A DNA stretch of 64,000 nucleotides from positions 64,001 through 128,000 of the forward strand of contig CAVUAK010000002.1 of assembly GCA_963739455.1 (NCBI GenBank). The letters run 5' to 3'. Source of the stretch: an uncultured Gemmatimonadales bacterium (lineage in GTDB: Bacteria > Gemmatimonadota > Gemmatimonadetes > Gemmatimonadales > GWC2-71-9). Both the position numbers and the translations under genes were made by a program. Below are positions 56,573-64,000 of this stretch, piece by piece; position 1 is the first letter of the stretch, and every line of letters begins with the position of its first letter. The notes beneath the pieces were generated by a model. The model was not told the origin of the DNA and made no database searches. It was given only the letters and a program-made list of their open reading frames with translations.

Positions 56573-57271
56573 GTGGCGCGCACCGCCAGGTAGTCGGCCA
56601 GTGCCAGGTCCTCCGGCGTCGTGACCTTCAGGTTTCCGGGATCGCCGGCCACGAGACGCACTACTGCCACCCAGTCGCTCGACCAGCGCGGCGTCGTCGG
56701 TGCCAAGCACCCGATCCTCCCTGGCACGCGCATGCGCTTCCTCCAGCACTCGCCGCGGGAACCCCTGCGGCGTCTGGGCCCGGCGCAGCAGTTCCCGGGG
56801 CACGGTCCGCGCAACGCGGTCTGGTTCCGCAGCGTCTGCCTCCTTGATGGTGTCCGTGACCGGAAGCGCCGGGACGATGGCGTGCCCGGCGCGAACGCCG
56901 GCGACGACACGGTCGATCAGCAGCGCATCGACAAAGGGACGCGCCGCATCGTGCACCAGCACGGAGCCGCACACCTCGGGCAACGCTGCGAGACCGGCGG
57001 CCACTGAATCGGCGCGCTCGGCCCCGCCGGCCACCACCGAAAGCATGGAGCCAATGTGAGGCAGGAGCCAGTCAGGTGGTGCGGCAGCGTCCGCGGCGCG
57101 CAACACCACTGCGATGTGTGCCACCGCGGGATGACGTGCGAAGGGCCGGATGGAACGCAGGAGCATGGGGATGCCGGCGATCTCGAGGAACTGCTTGGGC
57201 GTGTCGCTGCCGATCCGCGTCCCCTGGCCCGCGGCAACGATGACGACTCCGACGTCACGCGGCGAGGGCAC
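56569..57271 (-). CDS. ispD: 2-C-methyl-D-erythritol 4-phosphate cytidylyltransferase, frameshift near 56665
   Basis: AAGQGTR..PKQF, GGAERADSV, LVHDAARP, AQTPQGF, TDDA. NLKVTTPEDL is in the next frame. Confidence 0.94.
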
Positions 57272-58616
57272 GCGCCAGGTCGCCGATGTGTTCGAGACGG
57301 ACGAGCGTGACACCCGGCGTCGCCAGCGACGCCTGCGACGCGCCGAAGACGCGGGTAAAGCCGAGTCGCGCCGCCTCGGCCACGCGCCGCTCGAGGCCCG
57401 CGGTGGGCCGGACCTCGCCGCCAAGACCGATTTCGCCGAGGAAGAGGGCGTCGGCCGGCGCCGGCCGGTTGTGGAGGCTGGAGAGGAGTGCCGCGGCAAT
57501 CGCCATGTCGGCGCCGGGTTCCACCAGCCGCACGCCGGCGGTGGCCTGCACGAAGACGTCGAGGTCGGCGAAGGAAATCCCGGCGCGGCGTTCGAGCACG
57601 GCGAGCAGCACGGCGAGCCGACGTGGGTCGAAACCGGTGGCGACCCGCTGCGGGGTGCCGTAGCCGGCGCGCGCGGCGAGCGCCTGCACCTCGACGAGCA
57701 CGGGACGCGTGCCTTCCATCAGCGCCGTGACCGCGCTGCCACTTACGTTGGCTGCCCGCGCCGCCAGGAAGAGCGCCGACGGGTTCGCGACCGGCACCAG
57801 CCCCTGCTCGGACATCGTGAACACGCCGAGCTCGTCGACCGGACCGAAGCGATTCTTGGTGGCGCGGAGCAGGCGGTAGTCGAGGGAGGTCTCACCCTCG
57901 AAGTAGAGCACCGTGTCCACGATGTGCTCCAGCGTCTTGGGACCGGCGATGCCACCGCCCTTGGTCACGTGACCGACCACGAGCACGGCCGTGCCCGAGT
58001 CCTTGGCGTAGCGCATCAGGATGCCGGCACACTCGCGCACCTGGCCCACGTTGCCGGGCGCGCTCTCGAGGGAATCGGTGGCGACGGTCTGGATGGAGTC
58101 GAGGACCAGCACATCGGCGCTGATGGAAGCCGCTGCCTCGAGGATGGCCTCGAGCCGCGTTTCACCGATGGCGTGCACCGCCCCGGCGCCGCCGCCGAGT
58201 CGCTCGGCCCGCAGCTGCAGCTGTTCCGTGGATTCTTCGCCGCTGGCGTAGAGCACGATGCGGCCCGACTGCTCCAGTCGCGCGGCCGCCTGCAGCAGCA
58301 GCGTGGACTTGCCGATGCCCGGCTCGCCGCCGATGAGCGTCAGGGAGCCGGGCACGAACCCGCCGCCCACCACGAAGTCGAGCTCCTTCAGTCCGGTGCG
58401 CCATCGCTCCAATGGCGTCGCCGACACGTCCCGCAATCGTTGCGGCTGCACGAACGCGTGCCCCGCCCTTCCCGCCTTCCCGCCCTCCCCGCCTTGGACG
58501 ACCACCGGCTCTTCCGCCACCGCGTTCCAGGCCCCGCACCCCTCGCACCGCCCAGCCCACTTCGGGTGCTCGTGGCCGCACTCGGTGCAGCGGTAGACGG
58601 AGCGCGGCTTCGCCAC
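57255..58616 (-). CDS. radA: DNA repair protein RadA/Sms
   Basis: CTECG..W.GRCEGC, GEPGIGKSTLLLQ, KNRFG, GEIGLGGEVR. Confidence 0.97.
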   Translation of the reverse strand: MAKPRSVYRCTECGHEHPKWAGRCEGCGAWNAVAEEPVVVQGGEGGKAGRAGHAFVQPQRLRDVSATPLERWRTGLKELDFVVGGGFVPGSLTLIGGEPGIGKSTLLLQAAARLEQSGRIVLYASGEESTEQLQLRAERLGGGAGAVHAIGETRLEAILEAAASISADVLVLDSIQTVATDSLESAPGNVGQVRECAGILMRYAKDSGTAVLVVGHVTKGGGIAGPKTLEHIVDTVLYFEGETSLDYRLLRATKNRFGPVDELGVFTMSEQGLVPVANPSALFLAARAANVSGSAVTALMEGTRPVLVEVQALAARAGYGTPQRVATGFDPRRLAVLLAVLERRAGISFADLDVFVQATAGVRLVEPGADMAIAAALLSSLHNRPAPADALFLGEIGLGGEVRPTAGLERRVAEAARLGFTRVFGASQASLATPGVTLVRLEHIGDLARALAA

Positions 58617-59995
58617 TATTCCCCCTCTTCGCGCTGCGTCAGGTTGTCGAAGCGGGTGTACTCGCGGTTGAAGCGCAGGTGGATGTCGCCGGTCGGGCCG
58701 TTGCGGTGCTTCGCCAGCATGATCTCGGCCATTCCCTTCTTCGCCTCGTCTTCCCGGTCGTAGTACTCCGGCCGGTGGATGAAGATCACGAGGTCGGCGT
58801 CCTGCTCGATGGCGCCCGAGTCGCGCAGGTCGGAGAGGATCGGCTTCCGGTCGCCGCCGCGCTGCTCCGAGGCTCGGCTACAGCTGCGACAGCGCGATCA
58901 CCGGGATGCTCGAGCTCCTGCGCCAGCCCCTTGAGCGACCGCGAGATGTCGGAGATCTCCTGCACCCGGTTGTCGGCGTACTCCGGGCTCCGCATCAGCT
59001 GCAGGTAGTCCACCACGATCATCTGGATGTCGCTGTCCGCCTTGAGCCGCCGCGCCTTGGAGCGCATCTCGAGCAGCGTCAGCGCCGGGGTGTCGTCGAT
59101 CCAGACCGGGCAGCTCTGCAGCACGCCCGCCGCGCGCGCCAGCTTGGTGAAGTCGAAGTCGCGCAGCATGCCCTCGCCGAACCAGCGAGCTGTCCACCCG
59201 CGCCTCGGCGGTGAGCATGCGCTGCACCAGCGCTTCCTTCGACATTTCCAGCGAGAAGATCGCGACCCCGAATCCCTCGACCGCGGCGTGCGTCGCGATG
59301 TTGAGCAGAACGCCGTCTTGCCCATCGACGGCCGCGCCGCGACGATCGACGAGTTCCGACGGCTGGAAGCCCGACGTCAGGTTGTCCAAGTCTGCGAAGC
59401 CGCTCGGCACTCCGGTAATCGATTTGCCACTCTTCTGGAGCGTTTCGATGCGCTCCATCGTGGGCCACAGCATTTCCTTGAGCCGGGTGAACCCCTCCTC
59501 GCGCTCGCTGCTGGCTCATCTGGAAGATCCGCGACTCCGCCACGTCGAGCAGCTCGTTCGCCGTCGTGTGCCCGTCGTAGGCCTCGGTGATGATGCCGGT
59601 CGCCGTCTCGATCAGGCGGCGCAGGATCGCCTTGTCCTGGACGATCCGCGCGTGGTACTCGAGGTTGGCCGCGGTGGGAACGACGTCGACCAGTTCGGCG
59701 AGGTAGTCGTAGCCGCCGACCGCCTCCAGTTCGCCGCGGCGGTCGAGCTCGTCGCGCAGCGTGACGTGGTCGATGACGCTGCGGCGCTCGGTGAGGCCAC
59801 CATGGCGCGGAAGAGGCGGCGGTGCGCCTCCTGGTAGAACATCTCGTCGTTGAGCAGCTGCGCGCCCGAGAGCGCCGCGTCCTGGTCGAGCAGCATGGCG
59901 CCGAGCACGGCCTGCTCGGCCTCGTTGCTCCAGGGCACGGAGCGCCCGGCGAAGGTGTCAGCGGTCGAGGAGCTGGCGGGCGATACGGACGTCAT
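58616..59995 (-). CDS. dnaB: Replicative DNA helicase, multiple frameshifts
   Basis: [53 protein letters not shown] across fragments. Confidence 0.95.
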
Positions 59996-60777
59996 CCCAG
60001 GTCGGCTTCTTCCAGTTCGGGTTGCGCAGCAGCGCCGCGGGGTGGTAGGTCACCACCAGCGGGATGCCGTTCCAGCGATGCACCTTGCCCCGCAGTTCGC
60101 CGAGGCTCTTCCTGACGCCCAGCATCCCCTCGGCGGCCGTGCTGCCGAGCGCGATCAGCACCTTCGGCCTGACCAGCGCGATCTGCCGGTGGAGATACGG
60201 CAGGCAGGCCGCCATCTCGTCTGGCAGCGGCTTCCGGTTCTGCGGCGGCCGGCACTTCACGATGTTCGCGATGAAGGTCGTCGGCCGCGGGCACTCGATC
60301 GAGTCGAGGATCTTGTCGAGCAGCTCGCCGGCCTGGCCGACGAACGGGCGGCCGGTCTCGTCCTCGGTCGCGCCCGGACCCTCGCCCACCAGCATCAGGC
60401 GCGCGGTCGGATCGCCCTCACCGGGCACCGTCCTCGTGCGCGTTTCGCAGAGCGCGCACTGCCGGCAGGCCGCGATCAGCTCGGCCACGGCGCCCAGCGA
60501 GTCCCGCATCGCCGAGCGGATCCCCCAATATGGCAGGAAGCTCGGTCACGATTGTGAGCCCGGGGCCCGGGATCGGCGGGCGCGCTCGTCTCGCCACTTG
60601 GCGGATGCCGTGGAAACCAGCTCCAGTCTCGCTGGCCTTGCTTCTACCGGCTGCAGACTCTCTGCCGACTGCCTGACTGACGACTGTCCGCTCAGCCACC
60701 GGCATCACGACCTCGGCACCACCCAGCTCCACCTGCTGCGCGAGGTATCGACGCCTCAGCTCCTCGCGCTCAGCCAA
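59958..60777 (-). CDS. Uracil-DNA glycosylase family 4 with N-terminal extension, frameshift near 60520
   Basis: [29 protein letters not shown]. The upstream frame [19 protein letters not shown] is the likely N-terminus. Confidence 0.88.
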
Positions 60778-61975
60778 GGCGCGCCTCGACCGCGTCGAGG
60801 ATCGCCTCGGCCACCTCGCGCTTCGATGCGAGCGGCACAATGGTGCAGCTGCCGTCCCGCGCCAGGATCGCCACCCGGTTGGTGTCCACCTCGAAGCCCG
60901 CGCCCGGCTCGAGCGCATCGTTCACCACGATGAGGTCGAGCTCCTTCCGCTCCAGCTTCTGTCGCCCCTTCGCGAGCGCGTCCCCGGTCTCCAGCGCAAA
61001 GCCGACGATGATGCTGTCGGCGCGCCGCGCATCGCGCGTTGCCCGCAGGATGTCGACGGTCGGCTCCATCGGGAATGCCAGAGCCCCATCGACCCGCGGC
61101 CGCTTGGCGTCGCTGACTTCGCTCGGCCGGTAGTCGGCCGGCGCGGCGGCCATGATCAGCACGTCCGCCCCCGGCAGCGCCTCGCGCACCGCCTGCTCCA
61201 GCTCGGCCGTGGACTCGACCCGCGTCACCTGCACGCCGACCGGCACGTCGAGCATGACCGGCCCGGTGATCAGCTGCGACATCGGCGCCGCGCTCCCACG
61301 CCGCCTCGGCCAGCCGATAGCCCATCTTGCCGCTCGAACGATTGGTGACCACCCGCACCGGATCGATCGGCTCGCGGGTCGGCCCGGCGGTGACCACCAC
61401 GCGCTTGCCGTCGAGCCGGCCGCCCCGGCGCAGCAGCCGCGCGGCGTGGGCCGAGGATCATCTCGGGCTCGCTCATCCGGCCCGGCCGGCTCGACGGCCC
61501 CTCGGCCAGCGCCCCGATCTCGGGCCCGACGACGGCGACGCCGCGCCGCTCGAGCAGCGCCAGGTTCACCTGCGTCTGTGGATGGGCGAACATCTCGTCG
61601 TTCATGGCGGGCGCGAGCAAGCACCGGCACCGGTGGCGCGCCAGCAGGAGGCTGGTGAGCACGTCATCGGCCAGGCCCTGCGCCATGCGGGCGATGAGCT
61701 GCGCCGTGGCCGGCGCCACGATCACGAGGTCGGCCTGCTGGCCCCAGCGGACATGCTCGAGCGCCGCGCTCGCGCTCCCAGAGCGAGATCAGGACCGGGC
61801 GGCCGGTCAGTGCCTCGAAGGTGAGCGGCCGCACGAACTCCGCGGCGGACCGGGTCAGGACCACATCGACCCGCGCGCCCGCTTCGGTGAGGCGCCGGGC
61901 GAGATAGCAGCTCTTGTAGCAGGCGATCCCGCCCGACACGCCGAGGACGACGTGCCGGCCGGCCCACACCGTCAC
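60770..61975 (-). CDS. coaBC: Bifunctional CoaBC, multiple frameshifts
   Basis: [55 protein letters not shown]. Confidence 0.95.
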
Positions 61976-62184
61976 GCCTCGGAGCGGCGGCGGCGCATCA
62001 GCTTGTAGTTGAGGTCTCCCTCGGCCAGCTCCTCGAGCGAGCGTGGTGGTGAGCTTCTCTCTCCATCTGGAGATGGTCCTTGGGGAAGTCATTCAGGTAG
62101 CGGGCAAACTTCGCCGCCACGAGCACGCCGAGATACTTGTTGCCGGCCTGCTTGGCCACTTCCATCCGGGGTGAAGATCCGCAT
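61972..62184 (-). CDS. rpoZ: RNA polymerase omega subunit, frameshifted
   Basis: MRIFTP..EVAKQAGNKYLGVLVAAKFAR...SLEELAEGDLNY. Lies between gmk and coaBC. Confidence 0.85.
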
Positions 62185-62211
62185 CGTGCTGCTCTCCTTG
62201 CGATCCTGCGT

Positions 62212-62864
62212 TCACGGCCGGTGCCTGCGCGCTTCCGGCTCGACCGCCTGCCGGAGTTCCTGCAACGTAGCCCGACAAGGTTCGGCCAGTCGCTATGCCC
62301 GCCGCGACTCGGCGTCGACGATGGCATCCGACCTGCTGCACCGCGTGCTCCAGGTCGTCGTTGACGACCACGTAGTCGTACTCACCGCGGCGAGCATCTC
62401 GTCCGCCGCGCGCTCGAGCCGGCGCCGGCGCGCCTCGGGCGTCTCCGTGTTCCGCCCCCCGAGCCGCTCGGCCAGCGACGCCGCCGACGGCGGCAGCACG
62501 AAGACCTGCACCGCGCTCGCGCGATCTGCCGCGCACCTGCCGCGCACCCTGCGACCTCGATGTCGAGCACCACGTGCCGCCCCGCCTGCGAGCACCCGCT
62601 CGATCTCGGCCGCGCAGCGTGCCGTACCGGTTGCCGCCGTACTCCGCCCACTCGAGGAACTCACCGGCCTCGACGCGGCGCTCGAACTCCTCGCGCGGCA
62701 GGAAGTGGTAGTGCTCGCCCGTCCTGCTCGCCCGGCCGCGGCGACCGCGTCGTGGCCGAGATCGAGTACCCCAGGTCGGTCCGCTGCCCGCACGCAGCTC
62801 GCCGCGCGATGGTCGTCTTGCCGCCGCCCGAGGGCGAGGACAGCACCAGGAGGAAGGGCGTCAC
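62212..62864 (-). CDS. gmk: Guanylate kinase, heavily frameshifted
   Basis: [41 protein letters not shown]. Confidence 0.92.
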
Positions 62865-63742
62865 TCGAGGTTCTCGAGCTGCTCGCGGAACTTCTCGAGT
62901 TCGCCCTTCATCGCGATGACCGCCTGCTGGATCGATCGCGTCGTTGGCCTTCGAGCCCATCGTGTTCACTTCGCGGCCGAGTTCCTGCGCCAGGAAGCCC
63001 GAGCTGCTTGCCGACCGGCTGGTCGCCCGTCGAGCGCGGCGCGGCACGCCACGAGGTGCTGCCGGAACCGCACCAGCTCCTCGGTGATGTCCAGCTTGTC
63101 GGCCAGGAAGGCGATCTCCTGCGCCAGCCGCTGGTCATCGAGCGGCCGGCCGGCCAGGAGCTGCGTCACCGACGCCTGCAGCCGGTCGCGTTCGCGCACC
63201 AGCCGGTCCGGCGCCCGCTCCGCAATGATCGCGGCACTCGCCTCGACCGCCGGTCAAGCCGTGCCAGCAGGTCGGCGGCCAGCGCCGCACCTTCCCGCGC
63301 GCGCATCGCCCGGCACTCGGCGGCGGCGCGTGCGACGATCGGCTCCAGCTCGGCGAACGCAATTTCCGTCGCCTCGGCACTGCGGCTCACGAGCACCTCG
63401 GGCTGCCGCGCCACCAGCTCCAGCGTCACCTCGCCGGAGAGGTTGAGCGCCGACTTCAGCTCACGCAAGCGGCCCGCTGCCGCCTCGGCGCGCGGCAGGT
63501 CGATGGCCAGCGTCGCTTCGCGCTCCGGATACTCGGTCCAGCGGACCGAGACCGCGACATGACCGCGATCGAGGTCCCTGCGCACCCGCTCGCGCAGCTC
63601 CGCCTTCCAGCGCGGCCAGATCGCCCGGGAGCTTGGGCGCGAGGTTGAAGAACCGATGGTTGACGGTGCGGATCTCGATCCGCAGGCGCCCGCCGCCCGC
63701 CGCGCCCTCCGCCGCTCCGAACCCCGTCATGCTGTGCGGCAA
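62861..63742 (-). CDS. yicC: YicC family endoribonuclease, multiple frameshifts
   Basis: [46 protein letters not shown]. Confidence 0.92.
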
Positions 63743-63886
63743 GCCCGACCCCCGTTCGTGGGAAAGCGGGGAAAGATAGCGTCCAGAGCGACCCGCTGGT
63801 AGGCTCGGACCTTGCGCGGTGCGGCTTTGCCGGTCGATTGTGTAAGTGATCTGCACTGAAGTGCGATTAGGACAGGCACGACTGAA

Positions 63887-64000
63887 CTAGTTCAGGAACC
63901 CCCAGCGGATGCCGAAGATGGTCGCGAGCGGCTGGACCGGAAACCCGGGGACATAGCCGGGGCCCTCGGAGAGCAGGTTGGCCCTGGAGAAGTACACCGC
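63887..64000 (-). CDS. C-terminus of an outer-membrane barrel (TonB-dependent receptor or porin-like); gene enters from the window edge
   Basis: Manual translation AVYFSRANLLSEGPGYVPGFPVQPLATIFGIRWGFLN-stop. The terminal amphipathic strand is typical of OM barrels. Confidence 0.65.
   Translation of the reverse strand, partial: AVYFSRANLLSEGPGYVPGFPVQPLATIFGIRWGFLN

Noticed and set aside
55922..57499. 525-aa ORF suggesting an IspD-Sua5 fusion
   Set aside because: The IspD C-terminal motif NLKVTTPEDL and its stop are in another frame (ORF 56569..56910). One indel near 56665 explains the join.

Overview
A high-GC core-genome segment, most likely Gemmatimonadota. This is inferred from gene order and the RpoZ/YicC-type proteins, not from a search. 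It holds about 67 genes, all on the minus strand except dcd, many coupled by ATGA/GTGA/TGATG overlaps. In transcription order (right to left): end of an outer-membrane barrel; yicC-gmk-rpoZ-coaBC-udg-dnaB-radA-ispD-tsaC/sua5-LMW phosphatase-aroE-comF-gap-pgk-tpiA; secG-carA; HU/IHF; moaDEA-trmL-M1 peptidase; mdh-sdhCAB; an uncharacterised three-gene cell-surface cluster; dcd (+); nuoA-N-PMM-UPF0182; sucCD-ndk; yceD-rpmF-plsX-fabHDG-acpP-fabF; a DUF1579-like gene; mqnEAC-ispF-dedA/TerB-xerD-tolC-MFP-cusA. About 25 genes, including essential ones, carry frameshifts. The cases I traced are single-base insertions, which points to long-read consensus error, so coordinates of split genes are reconstructed. 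I found no tRNA, rRNA, CRISPR array, IS or prophage. Best leads: (1) a His-rich barrel plus two Ig-fold lipoproteins, one with a His-lined beta-propeller (36.4-39.6 kb); (2) dispersed 7-bp tandem arrays at gene junctions that supply stop, start and SD signals; (3) a Rex-like operator at nuoA; (4) a probable leaderless yceD-rpmF-fab transcript; (5) an MqnE with a CX5CX2C motif; (6) a DedA-TerB fusion with a likely CTG start; (7) a YwlE-type arginine phosphatase. None is proven novel without searches.
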